Shown: piece by piece, positions 11,701 to 20,100 of the stretch | How the letters are laid out: every line of letters begins with the position of its first letter | How positions within the stretch are numbered: the first letter of the stretch is position 1 | NCBI GenBank assembly: GCA_004764695.1 | Contig: SMSO01000032.1 | Coordinates: forward strand, 6,976,483 to 7,040,482 | Origin: Schizochytrium sp. TIO01 | Taxonomy: Eukaryota > Protista > Bigyra: Labyrinthulomycetes | Reading direction: 5' to 3' | Length of the DNA stretch: 64,000 nucleotides | Program-made: the position numbers and the translations under genes | The notes under the pieces: model-generated | Told to the model about the DNA's origin: nothing | Seen by the model: only the letters and a program-made list of their open reading frames with translations | The model's database searches: none

Positions 11701-14551
11701 GACTAACATCTTTAGCACGCTCCTGAACATGATCGTGCAAGAAAAGACGAGATCTAAGATCTCCCGGAAGTCGATTATACAAAGCCATAAGCCCCTTAGA
11801 GAAAAAGAAAACAAGTTTGACGCAGTGGCTTTCATGGGCGATGCCAAGTAGTTTTTCTAGCATCCCTGCATTTATCTTTCCAGTAAGTCTCACAAAATAG
11901 AATGATGGCACGGACGTCTCTGTCCGTCGTGAGAGGCGCTCTAGAACACTCCAAAAGTTACTAGGCTCAATGTCAATGTCCTCTGCATTGAATGTTGTTT
12001 TTGATTTCACAATATCATGCATGAACCCCCAAAATTCTTCTGATGCGAACACCCCTGTTGCTGGCTCCGAAGCGGAATGACCAATAATTAGCGATTGAAC
12101 AGAGTCCACAGCAGCACGCTCGAAAAACGTCATTCCATCTCGTGTTCCAAGCATATCCTTCCAAACGCGTGTGATTGGTTCCTTGAAGAGGTCTTGCTTG
12201 ATGGATATTAGCGATTTGACCGACATGCAATTGAGGATTAGGTGGTTTGATTTGAGTAACTCGAAGAGCCTTTTGGATGGGTCATGAGTTCCTCGTAGCT
12301 GGATGAGAATCGAAAGAACTTGAGCAAGGGTCTCAGCTGTTTCTACAATCCCCTTGGGAGACGCAGGAGTGCCATGTAACAGATTTCTCAAATCATGCTC
12401 TTCGGCTGTTGTATCAAAACCGAACTGGGTTGCTGGAAGTAGAAGCAGGTACCTACGAAAACTCAAATTGTTTTGATCCGGAGCAACACTACTTCGTGGC
12501 ATGACAGCAATTGACGGGAGCCTCATACCTTCCATTTCTACCTTCCCAGGAATTTTAAGAGAAATTAAGAATCGTCGACCACTTGTTTCTTCCAGATTTC
12601 GATAGGCATGTCTCTCTTTCCAGCGTGGGTCATCATTTTGATCTGGGGTGCCATCCATCTCCAAGAGAATATGTGTAAAAGTCCTTGTATTTGTACGCTT
12701 ACTTTGTATTTGGTCTCGAGCTTGGAGGGACAAACTTTGTTGCATACTTTGGTTTAGGCTATTTGTGGAATTATCCTGGGGGACTGGCGAGGAAGGAAGT
12801 CCCTGCATTGGTGATGTCGCTCGGAGTGGATAATCTTCACTTATTCCTGTTAGAGCAGATGATGGTAACTGGTCAGTAGAACAATACAATCCATCCTGTG
12901 TTTTGGCTGAGATCGGTTGGGATTGGGCAAGGATACGCTCAAGGGGAGCCGAGTCAACGGCATGCAGACCTGTTGGTATAAATTCGTAAAAGACCAAGGT
13001 GTCTGTCTCTTCTCGAATGGAAAGAGAAGAATTGAAAATCCTTTCGCGAGCTAATTCGCAGAGTTCGTCTGGAATTTGAGCATATAATCCATCAAGACGG
13101 GCTCCAATCTCAGTAATACTTCTCTCATTCTCAGGAGGACTGAGAACATTAATTTCTCGAGCTACAAATGGCTCATTTCCACCCGTAGCATTGCTTACAC
13201 CTTCCTTGGCTGCGCTATACCCAATCACTAAGATGATACGTTCCCTTTCGCCGTCTGCTGTATCTTTTGAGACAAAGGAAGGCTCCGCAGCGGCTGTTAA
13301 ACATGAAACGAGCGATGCAGCTTCCCTCAGCTCTCGCAATCTTTGTTTTCTGGAGCAGTAATGCAGAATTTTGTGTGTAAATGTATCTCTCGAAGTACCC
13401 TCATCTTTTAAGATCTGAGCATCGTTTGTCTCCGCAAGCGCAAAGAAATCTGGTTCGCCAGAACAAATATCCGAACTAGAACTATCTTCTTGGAGATAAT
13501 CCACGGCAATTTTTTTTATTCTTTTGAACCATTCCTTCTCCTCCTTTACAATTTTGCGTCGTGTCTTTAGACTTAAAGGTTCACTGCCCTTCTTTTGGTT
13601 CTTGTCATACCATTTGTCGAGCTCCGTAAGCTTTGTACACTCGTTGCTGTCAACACGAGGATCAACAATAACCAAATCATCCCCACTTTTTTGTTTTAAA
13701 TGGTTCCTTAATGTTTCTTCGAAGACGCGATTGTTTCTTTGGTATCTATCAGCACCTACATCCAGTAATCTTATGATAAATTCATTACTGGGCGGATCTT
13801 CTGAGTTAATCTTTTCCTTTAGGTCTTCTAAGTGTGGAGAGGAGATATTGGTTGCTTCAGTACTCACATCTTTTTGCAAAGCACGCTCTATAATAATCCT
13901 CGCGATATCAAGTAGTTCATCCTTATAAAAGCGTAGTCGAAGGAATGGGATAATAAATCCAAAGCAGCGTTCTTCCTGAAGACGTCGAATAAGGTCTTCA
14001 GGCTTACATGAGCGGAGAGAGTTGAGAAGTTGCTTGAAGTCTTCAGAGCTTGCCTCCTTCATTTGGCGGAATCTGTCGGGTGCTTTAGAATTGCGGGGTG
14101 CGTTATTTTCAATGTACTGCACCAAATTTTCTTCGTTGACGACACATATTTTCCTTCCCGTTATTGTACAGTCTTCAACGGCAACAAGTAGCCCTCCAAG
14201 GCAGCGCACGCATTCGTATCCAATGTAACCATTCGTGTCTAAGCCAGAAATCCACAAGCATCTCCTAAGCTCATTTAAAGCTGAATTTGGTCCAAATGTT
14301 AAATCTTCAAATTCGACTTTTTCAAGCTTCTTGCGCCACAAATCTAGCGCGTGCCCCCAGGAAAAATCCTTGTCTCGTTTCCGTTCCTTGAGAATTTCAT
14401 CGTTCCACTTCTTGATATCCTCGGTTTTCCATGTGACCCCGACTTCATCTTTGCTACCATCACTTCCCTTACTTTCCAAGTCAGAGCTGCTAGCTCCAAA
14501 ATCAGCATACTGCTTCAACAGACGGACTCGATCAGACTTCTTTGAAACCAT
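2708..14551 (-). CDS. Giant 3,947-aa uncharacterised protein with a C-terminal P-loop AAA+-type NTPase module and internally duplicated degenerate modules
   Basis: Uninterrupted 11.8-kb ORF. Walker A IVLLVSPPGAGKSH (SPPGAGKS at nt 4769-4792, aa 3254). Walker B FLVIDEYHMLS (~nt 4595-4627). Following strand ALLIAN is sensor-1-like. No family recognised for the full-length protein. Confidence 0.93.
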   Translation of the reverse strand: MVSKKSDRVRLLKQYADFGASSSDLESKGSDGSKDEVGVTWKTEDIKKWNDEILKERKRDKDFSWGHALDLWRKKLEKVEFEDLTFGPNSALNELRRCLWISGLDTNGYIGYECVRCLGGLLVAVEDCTITGRKICVVNEENLVQYIENNAPRNSKAPDRFRQMKEASSEDFKQLLNSLRSCKPEDLIRRLQEERCFGFIIPFLRLRFYKDELLDIARIIIERALQKDVSTEATNISSPHLEDLKEKINSEDPPSNEFIIRLLDVGADRYQRNNRVFEETLRNHLKQKSGDDLVIVDPRVDSNECTKLTELDKWYDKNQKKGSEPLSLKTRRKIVKEEKEWFKRIKKIAVDYLQEDSSSSDICSGEPDFFALAETNDAQILKDEGTSRDTFTHKILHYCSRKQRLRELREAASLVSCLTAAAEPSFVSKDTADGERERIILVIGYSAAKEGVSNATGGNEPFVAREINVLSPPENERSITEIGARLDGLYAQIPDELCELARERIFNSSLSIREETDTLVFYEFIPTGLHAVDSAPLERILAQSQPISAKTQDGLYCSTDQLPSSALTGISEDYPLRATSPMQGLPSSPVPQDNSTNSLNQSMQQSLSLQARDQIQSKRTNTRTFTHILLEMDGTPDQNDDPRWKERHAYRNLEETSGRRFLISLKIPGKVEMEGMRLPSIAVMPRSSVAPDQNNLSFRRYLLLLPATQFGFDTTAEEHDLRNLLHGTPASPKGIVETAETLAQVLSILIQLRGTHDPSKRLFELLKSNHLILNCMSVKSLISIKQDLFKEPITRVWKDMLGTRDGMTFFERAAVDSVQSLIIGHSASEPATGVFASEEFWGFMHDIVKSKTTFNAEDIDIEPSNFWSVLERLSRRTETSVPSFYFVRLTGKINAGMLEKLLGIAHESHCVKLVFFFSKGLMALYNRLPGDLRSRLFLHDHVQERAKDVSPVIIIDRLTPFGCILPAVSTQLRNSNRFLGETLKRIHTRTESALKWKDELKSWFRGLREIDQPAVHQYTHVLVSDDPEFIAENLCDVLDKQINLVNARDPHCIEKLRGILSVQDEYELANEDIVALSHAQLLARDRLQVIATHCAARKIPLLLITSCASRDLTSIKITMPTGGTTYESLRVLHVRMDRVWPKDVAIERELQRVILGLRILLGPGFYVSEKDIADIREFCKSSVTIPACLSEIAVRTSSNPRILHNLMTFLYKKKLSTDDDLAKEQPVLVSDLVALALREYLEIFIGEPKVGADSLMNSDENSLSPVSVSVEEKAFVHFSDVTKDPVMMLASQETRLEVFLTLLKHETEMQCLGGVEDAFNIGRADNPGEILCSKFGTKDDGRQVRVVDPGRGDSMTPLSDIIEQNALRGEDLDWNHVYSAWARTPEVSIPVLQHLLEESPLRLLLALSLSKTRMSSLPLNVQTVERLTFDLDCVRDSLGSAVENNEELLHRRAVLAWSLLKHQVAFGIDAQEQDFARLVNDFLKSDLYFYFKSGNESDNLKTKLIKTKLIKTLVSLDFPPHALIAQPHVAELIFTSNTNEQKLVNDSLGSQQIKFGAAFAMLCLHSSWRDRVLETAGVIRNCVRPLRDWAMGSSDLITSSEEFAKQDTQQDMWYLRFSPAALAEFIAVGSPKYVEENESCFAAFITKYILKAAQHNDDPGKFLLELLSSIAETEDGIDVTRLDAALRVCVTCASSDIRGALEDALNEAGSGPFQFAVYSVLRQRLKTEDLGTSQNKFPLTSSKILMRIFIKTFVEEELSLNYENKAFFSSHGARETLLNAILSYVAETKQLAPSKSLCELAWFAWAVNPTYNLPLLLLPNHSTEMNWDLFSRTVCSDLPPACKNDNIKTEIPLSMLAVLATMPHTLPGATLNALQSRFIGNLEPIVKEKLLILAQKDNSTYSEYALRIEPGRELPRKCIEYVLKKLEGDITPWLDAPRPWDSTSSFPRVQEGFSVHTLKHNLRLFTNLSKAMKELYQDSDDCVLHTGATLLMWFMQAGLTAADIIGVISANSSAQKSFRKVIGTCKEHIERIAGNCVYCPLPVSIDTRFVDNSLPGAEKSLFDAKNLPATAQQILLLTEEFIMTPSENEAKAKELSELAYNAKEELQKEEVLTEVFKLIGQHVSRPEFLTIPTHWNKLQMVGNFLIGLTEKRSLLKAALSSFVQNMETSNAPIVATIFDRLFVIIGLTPLTKGIPILELAKAFKAHRKDFQKFMSNEAQAEISYMSQNVFEGNDELATNARELYEICCGEANCPSVTRSKTIEEEVGRSIKDFTNEIFNEMTEASALSRRQESRSEFDAARFYVQCLVCSIISVRSLPSEPTRETPSTAAFKSDKEQVDLKLSITSMVSGAKVLIASNTEQQDSRAEVDIRPALTWSETQDHSKMNLSQHSLVSARTLLRIKSSPSYGTLEVAPGLHPVLQRSHDGDSDPDQFMRHRPFSLDNDLNGETSIAHVFSNNGETWDYFQSLPNDTAILGKGFYLRKTMQGTFALLMATTDIDQEENPDLYLYNIVDTHKLAALHLRSEVILVLECLVQSAYNKVRNKVSETNDMLEIIKVIDQEKHNAMHNIDADSDTVSTEKAEEGCEETAPDNSVLSEDAESNRNFYNQYLVEELFIVRQTRATLRDMCSGGNQKPLQIVLDDEQRVREFQFAFDVIKSTTSPELRSQLFFILELVIENHTQKAEYHNSGKGDFANRLVAPHAHITQQKFRSAGLKIIKELKEESASRGKRIFVEDFEDSDDEGEPSVPRRRNREFMNASTETSIDIRKPVDDSFILGPTVRRKKTSRSPSIIENKSQKGSLLDYTSTGNGKLRSSTTVVWSLHGDDPGFDLYFVPLDTRQLKIHYSDAHGLPIAYVFHSRLLEKSMDKLRDRELQKPNSSKQTQDQGNTDRESKRIEVEVEHRDGLLGWLAKVARSPLPATVKQFMMNTLRNSSASFIAPHLTRREINHDRSGDGDLEAEDINLLIIANCVAASMPSEEPVRRQLVKVYTLPIYAHKFIERKNDLYGVHIVRRQERQELDRYGITYVDCDLGHDSLINARDDASMYLRIIGCFSEFTWLVWVRGLPTINDQLLKWIAEYTKHHPWRFVYIEDCDTSWNFGENRDRCVLKRAPPALSRMLVSSHDLVRPDLRANRPIHVFEMDEAFSNLFFRLQSSMSWNSLDINLHNILMPARQSEVGGVAEVTVDEDHDLKFLASLEEENNASASPQRTPNAQDVGNTCWLLAKEAIQANDYREQIDNILSPSKKPAIVLLVSPPGAGKSHFSENLGKTFAKEHIGFAYVDGSDDELVDTALATVLMRKVPDEGGEMFLVIDEYHMLSNAHKKELFSWLATNRDRIYALLIANRIDASDLTLLESVNGNSVNARLPRELLNEVIKKRQNVKSSLAIQVWFHLCQTLFGGESISLRMISTLDEAYSSISPAEDLVELLCKKMPRLSILTSRHFVEAYLHIMRELKNSSRQYTEDIPATAIVEVSSSLTSKKNLQNTPVAAMVQFALLSFKQDFGRDFPDFVERDLQGANNISPNIKIAAWCCMMCTEASKYEEFKDALLPPNLLSPETVLRTMFIDQVGFPHQLSDQITPSERICRTFSWGGSYESLEDMTDAVRRGHSINFQDVYEKEWIRNEVVALNEFVLLLSACRSPAVVLRALRKENLVALLQSALSDDVLKLAKYVIRSNAFAPEVENGNERHENPYYSAVWAVLTCEKKPIHITHLVKNLVHQDDLARALEWAAEHAGSLRATCANDVAKREGTIRTILYGLSLRFIKLDRPERVPALWRGVFAPLLDKEVSSVDMFAEVAAVVSQYETDPQRGWSFVMHKLWALAKGMAHASDLDALLNMDSKLLFYPPEAGEDFRRMRLPYATGLFRPSACQIPLTCLINLLKSNTEVNLEDLGGECNIDQLLEKLRVGIETIAEAKTVDVIQIQPQELQDAVKKAIEYVISRNQGSV

Positions 14552-15533
14552 CGTCTAAATAATGAGGGAGAGAACAGGAAGATTTCAAACTTGTTACAGG
14601 CCACCTTAACTAACTAGATAGAAAGGAGGTTTGCTTGCACTTTGAGTTGCAACTTCACAACTGACTAGGTGGTTTTTGTAAAGTGCAGTTGCTCTATAGT
14701 AGATATTCTCAAAATCTGGACGCGTTCGATACAAATGAAGATTTGGATTTGCTAGAGCAGACATTTTAGACTCCTTCACTACATGCCAACATTGGCACCA
14801 AATTTTAGAGAAATTATTCTGTAGCGGCAGTTTCGTTGACCATAGCCTTTTTTAAGTGTAGAGGATGTTTTACCATTGTGCTCGCAAGTCAATATATAAC
14901 TCTTAAATGGTCTTTCTGATTCTAAGCACGGAATGGAGAAGGGGGCAGTGTGGGTTTGCGATTGTACTCATTCCGTTTGCTAAATTTTGAGATCAACGAG
15001 AGAGACTGCAGGTTTACTTTGGTTCACCGTAAAGAAAGCAATCCGTTGGCTGTTTTGGTACTGCGTTGGTGATTATTATCCCGACGGAAGGTAGACCAAC
15101 TCCAAACAACAATGTCGACATCATTAACTAAAGGCACGCTATAAGGTATTATGGAATAGAACTTGTTTTTACGCAGGGGACACCACGATATAACAAACGA
15201 AAGATTACCACTAGCAACAGGTTATTTATACTACAGGTAGGACTCTCTCTGGCTTAACTGCTTTGCATTTGATCTTAGCAGGAAAAATCACTATGGTAGG
15301 AACTCCAATACCAACGTATGATTAAAAAAAGCAGTATAGCAGCTCTGAAACAATGCTATTTCAATAATACATCCAGCAGCTTGCTAATTCGAAATGCTCA
15401 GCGGCGCGACTATATGTTTTTCTGATACCAATAACCAACCTACAATGGCCTACCCGTTTTCCCAAAGATTGCCTTGGTGACCGAATACTTTCAATCAATC
15501 ATGACCATAAAGAATGATCAATCATGACTGACG

Positions 15534-16018
15534 AATAAGGTCAATCAATTAACCCACTAATTGACCATGAATGACTAGTCAGAGCCTGGTGCTACGTTTT
15601 TTCTGACAACCCCTCTCACGGATCAATTGATCTACAAAGAACTAACAAACGTTTATTTGCTTATACTGCAGTTTATTACTCTCAACTGTCTGGATAGGTG
15701 TTTGAATGAATGTTACCAAGCAATCATGACTAAAGAAGGGCATGATTAGTCAGCTAACCTATCAATTAGTCACCATTGACCATCGAAAGCCGGGGTTGGT
15801 TGAAGGTTGGTTAGTTGGTGCCAAGTCAACCTACCTTTTAATCATCCTTGACCATCAGAAGCCATATGCTCATGATCAACAAATAAGGTCAATCAATTAA
15901 CCCACTAATTGACCATAAAAAACTAGTCAGAGCCTGGCGCTACGTTTTTTCGGACCACCCCTCTCGTGGATCAATGGATCTACAAGACGTAACTGGCGTT
16001 TATTTGTTTATACTGCAG
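15534..16018 (+). repeat. Two ~137-bp imperfect direct repeats (15534-15671 and 15882-16018) in the divergent intergenic region, plus shorter related sub-repeats
   Basis: Both copies begin aataaggtcaatcaattaacccactaattgaccat, continue actagtcagagcctgg(t/c)gctacgtttttt and end ttatactgcag. Partial related motifs occur at ~15758-15791, ~15830-15863 and ~16153-16193. Confidence 0.9.
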
Positions 16019-17106
16019 GCTTTTACTTTCAAAAATTATTTAGAGTAAGAAGCTATAGTGAATCAAAGAGAACGCGAACGATGCGTTTCTGAAGACTGTC
16101 TGAATGAATACAATCAATCAATCACGACTAGTAAATACGGTAAACTAACCGACCTACCAATTAATCATGCATGACCATCATGAGCCTGGCGCTGGGCTCT
16201 TTTTAGATGATTCCTCAGTATGAAGTATTATATACAATTAAGGTACATCATTCGAGTTGGGTTATGAGAGCAGCGTGGATATTTCCCTCTCAATAATGCA
16301 TACTTTAATCATTTCGCATGTTGAGTTTGTACTGATGTTTTAGTCCCAACCTTATTTTGCAAAAATCAGACGAATAGTTTTAACGCTTATAAAGTTTTAA
16401 TCTATGATGATATCAAACCCTCGTTTCGTGCAGAGATCTCAGGGGTTAATATAAAGAATTAAAAGAAACTTGTAGAGAATAATGTAGCTGGAAAATATTC
16501 TTAATCAATGAAAAACCGAGACCGGGGACCCATGGATCCTGAACGACCCAACTCGGGTTACGATTACGATTACCCAAAATACTTTCAAAGTTCCCATTTT
16601 GGTTAGTTGGCTTTAAATGCATTGAATACCCTATCCGAGAGGTGATTTTAGAAGAGGCAGTGAGACTGGAATTGCAGGGAGTAAACAATTTGAACAGACA
16701 CTTTTCGACGTTCAATTATTTTCAAAATAAACATATACAATTTTCAAATCAGGTGTGCTTGTTCGTTCTCGGTGCCAAATAGACTGTTGTTTGTTTGTTT
16801 GTTTGTTTTTTCAGGAAGGAATTTAACAAGGATAAAGAAGAAAGAGTTAGATTCCTTTTTCCAGCAGGGATAACCGAAAACAGGTCAAAATTCAAATTCG
16901 AAACAGAAGTGGCTGGCTAGCTATGGGCATGACTTAGTTGATCAGCCAAATACTTTTTTCTCGTCGTGCATAATTTCTGTCGCTGGTATCTTTGGTGGCA
17001 TAACCAAGGAAGTCTTAGTCGAAGAGGAATACTTATATATCAGAGCATTTGCTTGGAGATTTCGCAGAATTTTCGAATTTGAGATTTGATACACAAGTTT
17101 TCTTCG

Positions 17107-20100
17107 ATGGTCTGGGTGATTTTGCCTGGGGCAAGCCTGCCTTCACACGATGATGATGAACTTACTGTGGATTTTGAGAGCGATGATGGTCTTGTGTTGA
17201 CCTCTGAAAAGCCCCGCTATGTAAGCCCTAACTTCGTTGCTGTGGAGTTAGTATTCCCTGCTCAAAATTTTGCCAAGAAATTTGCCAAGAAAGCAAAGAA
17301 TACAATATTGGGATTCTTCAATGGAGGTCCGAGTCATTATGACTGCACGTTTGAGTGTAGTTGGCAGAAGGATCGAGAGGTACGCATATCCATTAACAAA
17401 GATTACATAAAGGGTGACAATTTCCTGTACCTCTTTTGTACTGCTGAGGAACTTGGAGCAGACACCTTTTGTAATGGGTTATCCCAGCTTGGTTTTCAAT
17501 GCTTTCCCAAGCTATTAGCTTTGCAGATTTGCACAAGGGAGAATAACTATGAACCCATCGAACTTATAGAATTGCTTCAGAGTTTAGAACCAGTTCAAAA
17601 CACTTTTCAACTTCCTCCAGATTGGACACTTAACTGTAAACCCCGTGACCTTGCTAATATTTCCACTCGATTGGAAAAACTTGAATGGAGGGCACAAGCT
17701 GAACAAGTGATGAACCTAATCCCGCAAGCTTTACTATCGGAATACCCTTCTACTATGTCCCAGGTCACTGAGAAAGGAATGGAGAGAGATGTCCCTTTTT
17801 ATTACATTAAGAATTGCTTTGTCCGCGCTATCGTGGTCGATCTGGTGTGCTCCTCAGAAGAGCAGGATAGGTTTGCAGATGGCTGTTTGTGCGAAAATTA
17901 TTCCGCCTTTTTTAAAGAGGCATTGGATTTTGCCGGAAATGTAGTGAAAATAGGTCGCACGTTAACATACAAGTCTTGCGAAAAAGCCTCGGTTTTAAGT
18001 ATGCACGGACTTGCAGTACTATGCGTTCTCGATTCAAGTCTTTGCATACCTCTTGAAAATGAGGCGAGCTATAATTGGAAAATACAATCCCAAGGTGATA
18101 TCGATCTTGCTTGCCAAATTCTATCAGAGCTCGCTTCCAGAAAACTTCATAAAGAGAGCTTCGTTAGGATTCTACACCAGCGCCTTGTAGTTTCGAATAG
18201 GTTAGAAGCAATCTTCAAACTTGACTTGAAGCAAGTATCATCAGACAATGAAAGTATCGAAGAAAAAGTTATTGATTTAAAGTTAAATTGTATATCTCCC
18301 GAGGAATTAATGTCAGAGCTATTTCAAGCAGTATCAGAGAGCCAGTTAAAAGAAAATGAATACCTCTTACGATACCAAAAGCTAGTAGACATTGTCATTC
18401 GAGATCAAAGGATGCCTCGAGACCTCCTCTTCAATGCTTTATTCAGGCAATATATCAAGCCAAACAGTGATGTTGATATTAGTGAAGCAGAATCATTAAT
18501 ACAGTTGATTAATATAGGCAGCGTTCACGACCAAATCATAACCTGTGTAAAAGTAACCCAATGGAACATCTTGTGGCCACTACCAACCAAAGCTCAGCAA
18601 AATGAGGGGTTTCTCCTTTTACTCTCACTGGGAAGTCAAGCTGAAATACAAGAAAGCCCTGGGTACATACAATACGCATGCCGACTATGCAGCTTGTATG
18701 ATAAAGACAGGAAAATATTTCGCAGAGACCTTGCGACGGAGACTTTCGATCTCTTAAGGGGTAAAGTCGATGAGATTTTCAAACTTCTTGATCTTTGCAA
18801 AGTACTTATGAAAAGTGCTGAAAGTCGCTCTATCATCACATCAGATAGTGTCGCAAAGATGTTTAAGAAAGCTCAGTATCGTTGCACTTTTGATGAGATC
18901 TCAAAGTGGTGTAATGATTGGGCAAACCCCGCGTCTTTAATGTCTGGCCCGTCATCGAGCGCAGTTCACTTTTGTTTGTACCAAACCTTTGCTCACGGCC
19001 CCGCAAAGGATTTAACAAAAGGCGCACGCAATTTTGGACACACCCTCTCGAAACTCAAGGAGCGCTCCAAACTGATCGGCTTACTGACCACATGGGTTGA
19101 GAAAAACCTTAAGCTTTACCTGCCTGAAACTGCGATCAAAATATTCTTGAAGGAAGCACAATGTAAGAGTAGCTCGAGTGAATACTTTCCCGATTGTCTA
19201 GGCAAATTGATTTTTGACGAAGCTAGTTTGAAGGCGTTTCATCAAATCGATGGAGCTACTCCATCATCGTCTAGCTGGTTTTTAAAAGCAGCCATCGAAG
19301 AAGCAAAGCTTCTGAAGGAAAATCTTAAGAAAGTATTAGAGGATGAACCTAGACATGAGGAATGCGCGACTTTGATTTCTGCAATCCCTGGTAAAGCTAT
19401 CCAGAGAGCATGCAGGCGAGCTCTTGATGTCATAAATGGGGAGGTGAGCTGTTCAATGAGTGACCTGCCTTTTGCAAGAGTTGTCAATGTACAAGAAGAA
19501 AAACGAGCATTAGCGGCGCTATTTTCTGACAGTCAGGATTTTGAAAATCTGCAGAATGCCCCTCAGCAACTCGCAAAACTATCAGCTCTACTGTCAACTA
19601 GCCCTTTAAAACTACTTAACATGCCCGCCGAGATGCACTCAATCCTGGAAGATCTTTCCAAAGACAAAGTGCCCGATGGTGAGATCTCCCGAAAAATGCA
19701 AAGTTGGGTTCGCAAGTACCCATCATCAAATACAGAGCTTTTGTACTTTGGGGAGTCTAGTATTCAAGACTTAATTACAAGCGGAGAGGAGATTCTGGTT
19801 TGTGAAAGCGACACGTTTGACGCTTCAGAATGGTACAAACTGGATTATGTAATTAAACAGCGTGAAGGGATACGGGCTTTATTGGAATTGCGAAAAAAAG
19901 AGGATATCGACGAGTGGAGAAGTAGTCTAGAGAGCTTGAGATCAGCTGCTATTTTTCAGGACAACGTATCAAGCAAAGAAGCAAACTTCCTTTCCGAGGT
20001 TGCTCAGCATCTTGACGGTTTTTTATCTCAGAAACTAGAACATGCCATACAGGATGTCATTTGTTTAGCACGTCTTTTTGCTCGTCCAGATGCACCTAGA

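Noticed and set aside
2708-14551. Calling the giant protein a second RNF213, midasin, dynein or NLR/STAND protein
   Set aside because: It lacks RNF213 AAA3/AAA4 and RZ motifs, a midasin MIDAS/vWA tail, dynein motifs, and recognisable LRR/WD/TPR sensor repeats.
2774-14558. Many short plus-strand ORFs (e.g. 9303-9902, 3858-4310) inside the giant gene
   Set aside because: Ser-rich antisense shadows of the 3,947-aa ORF.
16513-16580. Possible transposon-end-like sequence (aaccgagaccgggg...gggttacgattacgattaccc)
   Set aside because: No matching terminal inverted repeat, target-site duplication or transposase remnant found in the window.
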